Source: a virus. From it: DNA of 64,000 nt. Each line of letters begins with the position of its first letter. Positions within the stretch are counted from its first letter, which is position 1. Position numbers and translations under genes: made by a program. Positions 18,239-28,200 of the stretch are shown here, piece by piece. The notes under the pieces were generated by a model. The model worked only from the letters and a program-made list of their open reading frames with translations. It was not told where the DNA came from and made no database searches. The DNA is taken from positions 4,723 through 68,722 of IMG/VR virus record IMGVR_UViG_3300042453_002197; one strand, given 5' to 3'.

Positions 18239-20211
18239 TTTACTTTTTTAATACTTTCGTATTCCTTCATTAGTTTTAATGTCATACTTTCTTTCATAGC
18301 TATCGGATTATCTGCAAATTGATATCCATGAGGAGTCATCTTTTTTTCTTTTCCAGCTACTTCTCCATCACCACCTTTTAATTGTGTTTGTATTGGTAAT
18401 ACCTCTTCTTCTGGAGTAGTATTTGCTTCGTATCTATCATCTTTTTCCTCTGACATTTTTTCAATGTCAGTGTCCTCACTACCATCTGCATGCAATCCAG
18501 CCATTTTTAACATTTTCATAAGTTCAACTGCTGAATCTCCATCTGCTGTGATCGTTACGCTTTTATTGCCATCAGTACTCATATTAGTGTTAATACTCAT
18601 GCGTCCTTCAGCATCGTTCATATATTGACCACTTATAGGACTCATTCCGCACTCAGCGATTTCGGCTTCTGAAATGGAATTTTTTATACCTGCCAAATTT
18701 AACATTTCTGCTAGTCCAGTATCAGTAGTGTCAACTTCTGCTTTCTTTTGTGATTTAACGGGCTTAGCTGGTTTTGTAGGAGGAGGAGCACTTCCACCAT
18801 CTATATTTTGTGGTACAGGCACGCCAACTTCACCCTTTTTGGGTGGGTCTGCTGTCCAAACACCACCTTTATAGGTTCCTACAACTGGTTTGTTAGCAGG
18901 CTTGGTAGTTGCTTGTTCAAAAGACATGCCTTCATTTATTTTTTTTTTGCTTGGTGCTACATTTTCCATAACTGTATTATGAATATTCCACATAGTAATT
19001 AGTGTGCTATTCACATCACCATCAAAATGTTCATAAATCTTTTTAGCCAATGAGCGTGGGAAATTTGGCGGAATTGGTGATCGGCCTTCCGCCACACCTT
19101 GCTTTTTAAATGCTTTTACCCCAGGAAACTCTTTGGCGGGATCATATTGGGTATGTCCACGTGGCTTTTTGGCTGGAATATCTTTTAGTGAAACATATAA
19201 ATCTTCTGGCTTAACTGGTTTGTTGCTTGCCGGGATCTTCTTATTTTTTGAGCCTTCCGCCACACCTTGCTCTACACTTTCATCTTTCATTTTGTGCTTG
19301 ACGCTAGCTTTACCAGGTAATGTTTTTGGCTTACTACCAACAATCCAACGTTGCAATGTATCAGTATCCCACTTTTTAACTTCACCGGTATCGCTATCAG
19401 CACCTTTTTTAGGACGACCACGGCCGCGTTTCACCGCTGGTTCAGCTTTCTTTTCATCGTCATCCTTGTCTGGATCAGTTTCCGGATTGTAACCACCATA
19501 ACGTCCTGGTTTAGCTTTATGTATTGTACCAGTTTTAGTTTCTTTTTTCTCTTCTTTAACTGTTTCCATATCTCCATCACCATCAAGATCAGCTTTCTTT
19601 AATCCTTTGGCGCGAGCTTTAGCTAGATTACCAGTAAATTTATTACCTTCTTCCATATCATCTTCTTTAACTGCCGGTTCTTGTGCGTTTTGTTTAAGAG
19701 CGTTATTAATAACGTTAGAATCTGTTTTTACATAAGGCTGTTGAGATGGAATATTTAATCCAGGAAATCCGCCAGATGGACGTTTTATAAATGTTTGTGT
19801 TGGTTTACCAGTTGAATCTCTGGGAACAGTATCACTGTAATTGGATTGCTGTTGATTCGACGGGCGAATACTGCTCGAAAAGGGACCATGAAATTCACCT
19901 GTTTCCGGATCTGTCCATGTTCTTTCAGATAACCTAGCATTCTCGCCTAACTTTTTACCGGCCGCTGCCGCTTTTTGGAATTTTTCTTTGCCATACTTTT
20001 TACGACCTATACTAGCAGCAACTGCTTCAGGATCTCTAGCTCCACTTTTTTTAGCAGATGCAACAACTTTGTCAAAACCCATGTATTTTTCACTCAACAC
20101 TTGATTCATAGTAGATTCAAGTAGTGTAGCATTTTTGGGTTCTTGTGTTGGTTTATCAATGCTTTCTACAGCATTTAGTTTTTTCATGATATCGTATATA
20201 TTGTTACTCAT
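18235..20211 (-). CDS. modular low-complexity protein, probable prohead core/internal protein
   Basis: Charged and disordered; AT-hook KRGRGRPKK; two QGVAEG; L..LAG motifs. Confidence 0.65.
   Translation of the reverse strand: MSNNIYDIMKKLNAVESIDKPTQEPKNATLLESTMNQVLSEKYMGFDKVVASAKKSGARDPEAVAASIGRKKYGKEKFQKAAAAGKKLGENARLSERTWTDPETGEFHGPFSSSIRPSNQQQSNYSDTVPRDSTGKPTQTFIKRPSGGFPGLNIPSQQPYVKTDSNVINNALKQNAQEPAVKEDDMEEGNKFTGNLAKARAKGLKKADLDGDGDMETVKEEKKETKTGTIHKAKPGRYGGYNPETDPDKDDDEKKAEPAVKRGRGRPKKGADSDTGEVKKWDTDTLQRWIVGSKPKTLPGKASVKHKMKDESVEQGVAEGSKNKKIPASNKPVKPEDLYVSLKDIPAKKPRGHTQYDPAKEFPGVKAFKKQGVAEGRSPIPPNFPRSLAKKIYEHFDGDVNSTLITMWNIHNTVMENVAPSKKKINEGMSFEQATTKPANKPVVGTYKGGVWTADPPKKGEVGVPVPQNIDGGSAPPPTKPAKPVKSQKKAEVDTTDTGLAEMLNLAGIKNSISEAEIAECGMSPISGQYMNDAEGRMSINTNMSTDGNKSVTITADGDSAVELMKMLKMAGLHADGSEDTDIEKMSEEKDDRYEANTTPEEEVLPIQTQLKGGDGEVAGKEKKMTPHGYQFADNPIAMKESMTLKLMKEYESIKKVK
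19084..19271. repeat. exact 20-nt direct repeat (19084-19103 and 19252-19271)
   Basis: GCCTTCCGCCACACCTTGCT twice, 168 nt apart, encoding QGVAEG. Confidence 0.9.
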
Positions 20212-20227
20212 GGTAGGTCTTTCCGAG

Positions 20228-20827
20228 TTATTTCTTTAAAGAAGGCAATTTTGGCTTATGTGATCCTAATGGACTTATTTTTCCAACAGGCACATCGTTA
20301 GTTGTTTGTGGGTTTTTAGTTTTACCACCAGCAATTTGACTATACTCATATTTTCTAGTCTCTTCAAGTTCCTTAATTAGTTCAGGAATTCTAGCGTCAC
20401 CAACTAGATTTGCTGGGACTTTTTCAGCTTTCATTTCATCCTGTAACAATACACTTTGTTTACTGTCACCTAGATTACTCTTTTCTAAGCCACTAGCTAC
20501 TGCTTCATAAGGACTGTGAGCTGGAGTTACTTTAACCATCGCTAAACTTAAACCACAACGTTCAGCGATTAGCGTCCTAACTTGTTCGTCATTACATGGA
20601 TAATGTAAACTGACATCAAATATGTTTATTTCAACAGGTCCTAAACTTGGAAATTCAGGAGTTTCCTGTATTGGTAATCTCTTTGGCTTGCTCACAGATG
20701 ATACTTTATAAGCCTCTAAAACTGACTTTATTTTACCCATCATGTCATCTGGCAATTCGCAAGCAAGTCGCACCTTAAAATCGTAGGTGTGATGACTTTC
20801 TGTTAAATATGCTTTAAAACTCTTCAT
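20228..20827 (-). CDS. hypothetical probable head protein
   Basis: N-terminus MKSFKAYLTE resembles the T4 capsid-targeting sequence; TATAAATA upstream. Confidence 0.7.
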   Translation of the reverse strand: MKSFKAYLTESHHTYDFKVRLACELPDDMMGKIKSVLEAYKVSSVSKPKRLPIQETPEFPSLGPVEINIFDVSLHYPCNDEQVRTLIAERCGLSLAMVKVTPAHSPYEAVASGLEKSNLGDSKQSVLLQDEMKAEKVPANLVGDARIPELIKELEETRKYEYSQIAGGKTKNPQTTNDVPVGKISPLGSHKPKLPSLKK

Positions 20828-20865
20828 AGTAATTCCTATATGTAATATTTATACAAAAAGCAATT

Positions 20866-21336
20866 TTATGTGGTTGTTTTACCAAGAATTGCCGCCAATA
20901 GACTATTTCTATCCATTATTTTACTTTCACCCTCAACTGGGAAATTGCCTTCGTCTTTATATTGCTTATCAATCTTTTGTTTTTTCAACTGTAGATCAAT
21001 CATACGTAGTTTTTTATCTAATTTAGCCTGCTTAGCAGTTATAGCATGACCTAACAATACTCCAGCCGTTTGAAACACTGTTCCACTGAATCTAGCTTCC
21101 ATGTTCATACCAAGATCCATCAAGTCATTAAATTTTTCTTTAGCTAAATTTGCTAACTCATCCATTTCAGCTTCGGTGACATCTAAACCTCTAACAAGCG
21201 GCAATGCCGCGTCAATTTTATCTATAGCAGTATCTATTTCTTCTATAAGAACTTTGTTTTCTTCTATGATTGCTGCTGTTTCAGTCGCCGTATTTTCTGA
21301 CGATAAATTGAATAATTCTTCCAGTTTCTTAGTAAT
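20866..21336 (-). CDS. probable terminase small subunit (gp16-like), apparent ATT start
   Basis: Frame open upstream of 21204 to ATT ACT AAG AAA CTG GAA, 7 nt after AGGAG; helical; C-terminal MDRNSLL. Confidence 0.55.
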   Translation of the reverse strand: MTKKLEELFNLSSENTATETAAIIEENKVLIEEIDTAIDKIDAALPLVRGLDVTEAEMDELANLAKEKFNDLMDLGMNMEARFSGTVFQTAGVLLGHAITAKQAKLDKKLRMIDLQLKKQKIDKQYKDEGNFPVEGESKIMDRNSLLAAILGKTTT

Positions 21337-21351
21337 TTTGATTCTCCTAGA

Positions 21352-21786
21352 TTAACGCTTTTTGCCTTGATGAAAAATATCAGATTCATTTACTACACGA
21401 AATGTTAGTCCTTGTGTCGCACAAAATTTTCTAGCTGCATCCCATTTATATGCATTTAATGCTACCATTGCTTTATCACGTTTACTTTTTGCTGATTCCA
21501 TAAAAGTTTCTTTGGTTGGCTTTATTTCAACAACTTCGCCGTGTTTTTGTCCATTCTTATCAACGTATACAATTAAGAAGTCAGGCACATATATAGTATT
21601 TTTTCCCGTAAATGGATTTCTGTAATTTATATGTAGGGCTTCACTTGCCCATTGTTGAATATTGGGATTGTTATCACAAAAATTCATCATGGCTAATTCC
21701 CAAGATGATCTATAATGAGGTTGTTTATTGCCCACATATTTTTGTGGATTTTTCATTTCATAAAAACCATTTGCATATTTTGCCAT
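21352..21786 (-). CDS. head completion nuclease (T4 gp4-like, TnsA-like fold)
   Basis: YRSSWE...CD.NP.I.QWASE...Y.PDF...EIKP. Confidence 0.88.
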   Translation of the reverse strand: MAKYANGFYEMKNPQKYVGNKQPHYRSSWELAMMNFCDNNPNIQQWASEALHINYRNPFTGKNTIYVPDFLIVYVDKNGQKHGEVVEIKPTKETFMESAKSKRDKAMVALNAYKWDAARKFCATQGLTFRVVNESDIFHQGKKR

Positions 21787-21787
21787 G

Positions 21788-22117
21788 TTAGTTAATTATA
21801 CTCCGTGTAACGAATTGATTTTGTTTTGGTTGTATTTTTACTCCTAGATAACTCGTATTGGCTCTACTAGAATTAAGATATAATGCAAGTATTGGACTTA
21901 ACTCAGAAGTTTTTAGATTAACAAACGTATTCAATACTGATAATGGATCTATATTTTGTGCAGTGGCTGTATCTATAATAGATTGTACTAATTGTTTGGC
22001 TGTTTCCAAGTTTCCAGTTTGTTGTTCAAAATAACTCAAGATAGCATCATTTACATCCTGATTTATCTGAGCTTTAGGATCAAAATAAGTATTAAAATAT
22101 TGTTGTGTGTTTATCAT
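21788..22117 (-). CDS. hypothetical protein
   Basis: Coupled ORF within the tail operon. Confidence 0.75.
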   Translation of the reverse strand: MINTQQYFNTYFDPKAQINQDVNDAILSYFEQQTGNLETAKQLVQSIIDTATAQNIDPLSVLNTFVNLKTSELSPILALYLNSSRANTSYLGVKIQPKQNQFVTRSIIN

Positions 22118-24573
22118 AGCCAATAAAAGTCACTATCAAAATCAAATCCATCATCAATACCAGAAGCAAATCCATCACTGATACCAGAATCAAATAATCC
22201 TCCAGGCACTTCACCTGGAGCGAAATCAATACCTAAATCATCGCCGTAAATTGAATTATATAAAGCTTGTTGATCGCCTAGTGAAAGTGCATCCCATGAT
22301 TCGTCAGTAAGAGCAGTTGGAATAAATGTAGTATCGCCTGCAGAAGTTAAATATTGTCCTGATCCATCTAAAATTGGGTTACCACTACCATCTGTCCATA
22401 TAGATCCATATTCTGCACCTAATGATGGTCCAGCAACATCAATGTTTTTACCGAACGGATTATTAAAGAAACCTTTTAATCCAACATCACTGGTTCCTTT
22501 ATTAAATATAACATTTCCAGCCGCATCTTCGTATAAAGTGTCACCATTTTTATAAAGATAATTTATACCACCACCAGGTTCAAAAGTTGTACTTACTAAG
22601 TTATCGTATGGCGCACTTGCATTATAACCACCTAATCCTGTCCAACTACCTACCACATTTTTTATTGAGCCTGTAAAATTATCTATACCTTGTCGAATTT
22701 CACCAGTAAGTTTATCCACAATTGGAGTAATACCGCCTGATATTGCGTTACCAATCTGATTACCTGTCCGAGTTGCAATTTCTGTTGTTAATGCTCTTCC
22801 AATTAAACCGCCTACCACTGCACCACCAGCGCCAAATCTACTACCCAACAATGTTCCCGCTGCCCCACCCAAATCAACTATTCTAGCAGTAGCTATTCCA
22901 CCAACGGCAGAAACAACATTATTTGTTGTATTGGTAATTATCTGTGTTGCTGTAGTAGGAACTGTTTGTCCTTGTACTATTTGAGTTCTTGTATCAATTG
23001 GTGCAATGTTTATTAAATCTGGAGTTCCTAACTCTCTTCTTACATCGGACGCAGACAATGTATCCAGAATATTACCTGTTTGTTCATCAAAAGTCACGAT
23101 TGTTCCATCTTGATACGTTGCTACTATAACATCTCTACCAGATGCATCCGTTGTTAATTGCGAATATTTTAAATTCAAACTCGCATCTGTTGGATCATAT
23201 GATCTAGATGAACTACCGGAAACTGTAAATTGATTGATAGTATTTCCGCCACTATCGACCACATACGCTGTAGATGTACCAGTAGGAGGCATCATTGAAC
23301 TTGAATTAATTGAAATTGCACTTGTAATTCCAGAAACGTCATAAACTCTAGTCCATTCTCCGCTAGTAGGTGATGTAGCACCTGCGATACCTCTACTTAC
23401 TGCTGCTCCTAATTGTATACCCAGTTGCTGACTTGCGTTTATTGATGCTCCTGTAAGTATTCCAGCAAATGTTCCATCTGCTAATGTAACAAGATTAGAA
23501 GATCCACCATCAGCATATGATGGTGTGGCATTAAAAGAATTAGTAAATACTCTAGAAGTATTAGTTGTATTAGTTGGAAAAGACGTAGAACCATTTATTA
23601 CATCGTTAATAACAGATGTGCCTACAGCAGCTATACTCGCGGCGGCAGCACCTTTTAAATTAGCATTTTTTAAATTTTGATAAGTTCTAAAAGCAGTCAA
23701 TAAGCTACCTAAAGGACCTCCAGCACCTTGGGATCCATCTGGCTTACGTAAATCTTTTGGCGCACTGTCAATTAAATTCAGTGCGCCTACGGCGTCGATA
23801 TCTCCTAAAAAATCTCCAGCAATAGGACTTTTTTGATTATCATAATGCAATAGACTAAATCCATCTACATTAACAGGATTTATAAACCCAGTAAAATACT
23901 TCACAGTCTCATAAGAAACTGTCATTGAATTTTCCATTATACCCGTATTTGACGATGCATCGTGTCTGCCATGTCTCCATGAATTAATAATTGGATTCAC
24001 TAAGTAATATTCGGTGAATTTTTTATTATGCAAACTGAATATTCTTATGCTCTTGAGAAAAGTTGCAGTTGATTTATTTCTTGGAGAATATCCCCATCCT
24101 GACAAATTACGTCTAGTATATTTTGATGGCACACCGTAACTTGCGGCAGTATAATCACTATCTCTAAAATAGTAAGTGTAGTAATCATTCCAAAAATTGG
24201 TGATTACGTTAGCAGTATCATCATGAAATACTACACTTATTGGATCGTATGTAATATTTGTTTGAACTATGTTTTTGCGATTATAGGCGTTTAATGTTTT
24301 TACCCCAATACTAAATTTTGGTAGTTCAATATCTTTAACTAAAAGACCATTTTCCAATCTTTGATATCTATTAGCGAATTCTAAAGTATTATTTAATAAT
24401 CCACTTCCTAACTCAGTTTGGGATGGATCAATTTCAAATACCACATAATATAAAAAAGTTTGTTTAGGAGCTAATCTAAATGTATCCGCTACAAATAATT
24501 TAGTTGCGTGTTTATATGGCTGAGTATACTCGCCAGGTGACAATGTTTTAAGATTTGAACTGTATAAGGACAT
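22114..24573 (-). CDS. tail-tube-like/baseplate tube initiator (gp54-like) with long C-terminal extension
   Basis: N-terminal IELPKF...YNRK...YDPISVVFHDD...MTVSYE tube-fold pattern; follows the tube gene. Confidence 0.6.
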   Translation of the reverse strand: MSLYSSNLKTLSPGEYTQPYKHATKLFVADTFRLAPKQTFLYYVVFEIDPSQTELGSGLLNNTLEFANRYQRLENGLLVKDIELPKFSIGVKTLNAYNRKNIVQTNITYDPISVVFHDDTANVITNFWNDYYTYYFRDSDYTAASYGVPSKYTRRNLSGWGYSPRNKSTATFLKSIRIFSLHNKKFTEYYLVNPIINSWRHGRHDASSNTGIMENSMTVSYETVKYFTGFINPVNVDGFSLLHYDNQKSPIAGDFLGDIDAVGALNLIDSAPKDLRKPDGSQGAGGPLGSLLTAFRTYQNLKNANLKGAAAASIAAVGTSVINDVINGSTSFPTNTTNTSRVFTNSFNATPSYADGGSSNLVTLADGTFAGILTGASINASQQLGIQLGAAVSRGIAGATSPTSGEWTRVYDVSGITSAISINSSSMMPPTGTSTAYVVDSGGNTINQFTVSGSSSRSYDPTDASLNLKYSQLTTDASGRDVIVATYQDGTIVTFDEQTGNILDTLSASDVRRELGTPDLINIAPIDTRTQIVQGQTVPTTATQIITNTTNNVVSAVGGIATARIVDLGGAAGTLLGSRFGAGGAVVGGLIGRALTTEIATRTGNQIGNAISGGITPIVDKLTGEIRQGIDNFTGSIKNVVGSWTGLGGYNASAPYDNLVSTTFEPGGGINYLYKNGDTLYEDAAGNVIFNKGTSDVGLKGFFNNPFGKNIDVAGPSLGAEYGSIWTDGSGNPILDGSGQYLTSAGDTTFIPTALTDESWDALSLGDQQALYNSIYGDDLGIDFAPGEVPGGLFDSGISDGFASGIDDGFDFDSDFYWL

Positions 24574-24590
24574 AATATTATTTATCAATT

Positions 24591-24618
24591 AAAAAGGCCC
24601 AAATTTTGGGCCTTTTTG
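24591..24618. terminator. bidirectional intrinsic terminator
   Basis: Perfect inverted repeat AAAAAGGCCCAAAA/TTTTGGGCCTTTTT after the tail tube gene. Confidence 0.8.
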
Positions 24619-24635
24619 TTAAAATAAAAACATTA

Positions 24636-25256
24636 TTATCCAGTGATAGATGAGGCTGGATTAAACTGAGTAATGCCTGGTAATCCTACGCCACCACCAA
24701 CCGTTTGTAAAGCATTATCATAGCGTAATGTTAGTGAAATAGTTACTAATTCATTACTACCATAATCCATATCTTGATAATTGACCTCATTCAAGAAACA
24801 ACCCTCAAGACGCCATGCTTCTAAGACTGTGGGTTCTGTTACTCCATTCGCGCCATCAAGAATTTCGAGAACAGTTTGAAACTTATAATCAATAGCACTA
24901 CTTGCACTTGCTTGTTCAAGAAAGTCATATTGCTTTTGCAATTGCTCACCGACTAATCTGCTTACATTACCACCAGCATCATCACGTAATGTTATCGCAC
25001 TAGTGGCCCATGTAGGGCGACCAGCGAGATAAATTCTGCTATTGTAGATTGGTACCTCGATTGGTTCCATAGTAACACTTGGACGAGCAAAAGTAATAAT
25101 TTGCTTAGTAAGTTCAGTTTTAGGATTACTTACTCCAAAATTTTCAAACAAGGCTCTGAATCTAAACTTAAGTTTAGGCATCAATAAGCCCTGTGTTGAT
25201 GCGCTTTGATTACCTCCTAAAGGTACTGTAAATCTTGTTAATGAAGAAACTGCCAT
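24636..25256 (-). CDS. tail tube protein (gp19-like)
   Basis: RP.V...Y.AG..W..ITLRDD, W.L.GC, ISLTLRYDNA; follows sheath. Confidence 0.85.
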   Translation of the reverse strand: MAVSSLTRFTVPLGGNQSASTQGLLMPKLKFRFRALFENFGVSNPKTELTKQIITFARPSVTMEPIEVPIYNSRIYLAGRPTWATSAITLRDDAGGNVSRLVGEQLQKQYDFLEQASASSAIDYKFQTVLEILDGANGVTEPTVLEAWRLEGCFLNEVNYQDMDYGSNELVTISLTLRYDNALQTVGGGVGLPGITQFNPASSITG

Positions 25257-25257
25257 A

Positions 25258-28200
25258 TTATGCTCCTGCTCCTACTGGGGCTGCCGATGCTAAATTACCT
25301 GATTGAATTTCTCCAGGATTTTTCAATCTAATTGGTATGTAAATAAATTCAACGTCTTTTGTTGGCTGTATTGCTACATCAACATACAATTCATTATTAG
25401 CTATGCGTTGCGGTGTGTTATTTGTTGTATCGCAAACTGCAAGATAATCTGTAATACCACGTTTTGCTACCAAATCAGTCAATAAACTGTTAACAACCGC
25501 AAGGATTGCATTTCTTGTTATTGGATCATTTGGCTCAAACAAGAAAGGTCTAGCTAAATTGTTAAGCTGTTTACGTAGATAATTAACTAATCTAGCAACA
25601 TTGATTCTATCTAATGCACTTGGGGCTGCGCTTAATGTTTTCTGACCATAAACAACTAAACCACTGCCTGGTAAGAAAGTTAATGGATTAATATTATTTT
25701 CATAGAGAACATCACGTAGACCTTGATTTACACCAATACTAACAAATTGTCCACTATTTTCAGTTATGTAACCTATTGCATTTAGATTATCAATTAATCC
25801 ACGTCTGGTTCCAGCTGGTGCTAACCAAGGATAGCCAACGTTATCACTGCGTATAAGTGTTCTCAAAGCAGCATGACTTGCTGGTACAACTATTGTATTG
25901 CCACTTAGATCATTTGTCTGACCTTGAGGATAATAAATTCCAACATAAGGATCAACAGTAACTAGACCATCTTCACCTGTACTTGTTGCATTATTCTGAT
26001 TTTGTGCCCAAGCTACTAGTGAAGTGCCATCACCCTGCAATCTTAATGGAGTATCACCGATAATGAATGCGGTGTTTTCACGTGCGTTGTTTAGCGCAAT
26101 CATGTTTGGAATTAATTCTGGATATCCAGGACATGTCATTAAGTTGAAGCCATACCCATCTTCACGAATTACTTCACTGCCGTCGATAGCTGCTTTTAAT
26201 GCAGCTACAACGATTCCACGTGGAGCTTTACGACCAAAATTAGGAGTTCCAGAATTTAGTTGGAATCCTCCACTTGTTACCCACGCGGAAGAATACAGTG
26301 GTAATCTAGTAATGTCGGTAGGTGACGAGGGATTATATGCCGCTGCACCAGGATAATTTGCACTTATAAAGTAGTTTGTTTTATATTCTTTCACATTATA
26401 AGCACTTGCTCTGGTGTTGAATAGCAACATTCCACGTGGATACAACAATGGACTAGGTGCATCTAAATCAACATATGAACTAGTTAACATACTCTTAATA
26501 GTAGGAATTGGATCTAACGCTGGATCAACTCCGCCGTTTGGTGCCCATCGAGCGTCAGCAAACAGAATACCATTCTGACTGATAACATCGTTATTGTCAA
26601 TTGATACCCACTGATCTATAGCATTTACGCTTTGATATCTATAAAGTTTAGGATAGTTTTCCAAATCACTGGTATCTAACCACAAATCTCCATAAACTAG
26701 ATTATCAACTCCATTATCTTGTTTTGTTGGAGCAGTGGTAGAGATTATTACACCATTTGGATTTGTTAAAGATAAATTATATCCTCTGATATCTGATGTT
26801 AAGGTTTGATAACCTACCCAAGCTGAACCATTATTAATCATGATATCTACTCTATTAGGAGTATTGTAATACCATAATGAATCGTTTGTCGGTGCAACAA
26901 ATGGCTGTGAAATACTAGCAGTGTATGTAACATTTTCTAGTGGCTGCCAATTGGTAGCAATTAGTGCGCTATCACCTAATGTAGGTGTTGCATACACATT
27001 AGTAGCCGAGGTGTTAATTCCAACATTTGCTAGTGGAGTACCTGCTCCATCCACTAATTGCATGTCTCCACCTAGTGAATGAGTTAATGTTACTGCACCT
27101 GTACTTGCTAGCCCAGCTGAAACATAAGGAATGTCAGTAGCTGCTATCGCTTGTATAAAGCCAGCAACTGTTCCTGTTGTTATTGTAACAGTATATGTAG
27201 TTGTATTCGCTGAAGTAGGACTTGGTCTAGTAGTAAGTGTAAAGGAAGAACTCACTCCTGGATTTGTAGGTGTAGTAGTACTGCCGGTAGCCACTGTTTG
27301 TCCTGCCGTTTTCTTTCTCCAAAGATAACTAGCAACCGTATTATTACCGTATGAATTGTATTGATTAAACACAGTACCCTGAGTTACATTTATACCACCA
27401 CCGGTTGGATCCAAATTATAGGATGCAGCAAAAACATTAGCGTAAGAATTTACAACTAGTTGATTCCATGTTTGGCTGGAAGAATTAAATTCTTTAACAA
27501 CCATGTTAACACCACTACCTAATGAACTTACTTTTTGCCAAACGCTGCCAGTTGGCTTGCTTGCAGCTGGACTAGATTGTCCTTGCCAGGTTGGTACAGT
27601 GTTATATGGAGAGAAGGTCGTTGCTGCGGCAGGATATACTCCGGCAGTTATACCTAACGTACTTAATGCAGTGCCTGTAGCATTAGAAATGTTTACATTA
27701 CTACCAATCGCACCAATGTTGGCTGAAATAACTAGTTGATTATTAGCTACTCTTGCAAAAATTCCTGTTAGGCCGCCTGGTCCAACAGCACTGTTTATTA
27801 AACCAGCAACGGTAACTACATTTGCCCCAGCATTTAGTGCGATTGTTGTTCCGTTTATGTCTATATTAGCATTAGATACTATAACTGGACTTGTAACATT
27901 TCCAGTTACTGCAGGAATACTTAATTGCCAACCAGTATTACCAACTAATTGCCATGTATTATTGTATGCCTTGTAGAACACAGGATTATTTTCATCGTAT
28001 GTGTTTACAGCATACTCGCCTATTGATCCTAGATCAACGTTTGGTGTAAACGAATCGCCAGCTAAATTACTAACAGAAGTTATAACTATTGGAGATTTTA
28101 ATGTAAACTGATTTGTGCTGTAATTCCACTCATATATACCAAAGTTAGATGATGCTACATCTAACCATAATGAACCATTACTTGGATTTGCCAAGGGTCT

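Noticed and set aside
21352-21786. TnsA-like protein as evidence of a Tn7 transposon
   Set aside because: No TnsB/TnsC or transposon ends; size and context fit the gp4 head completion protein.
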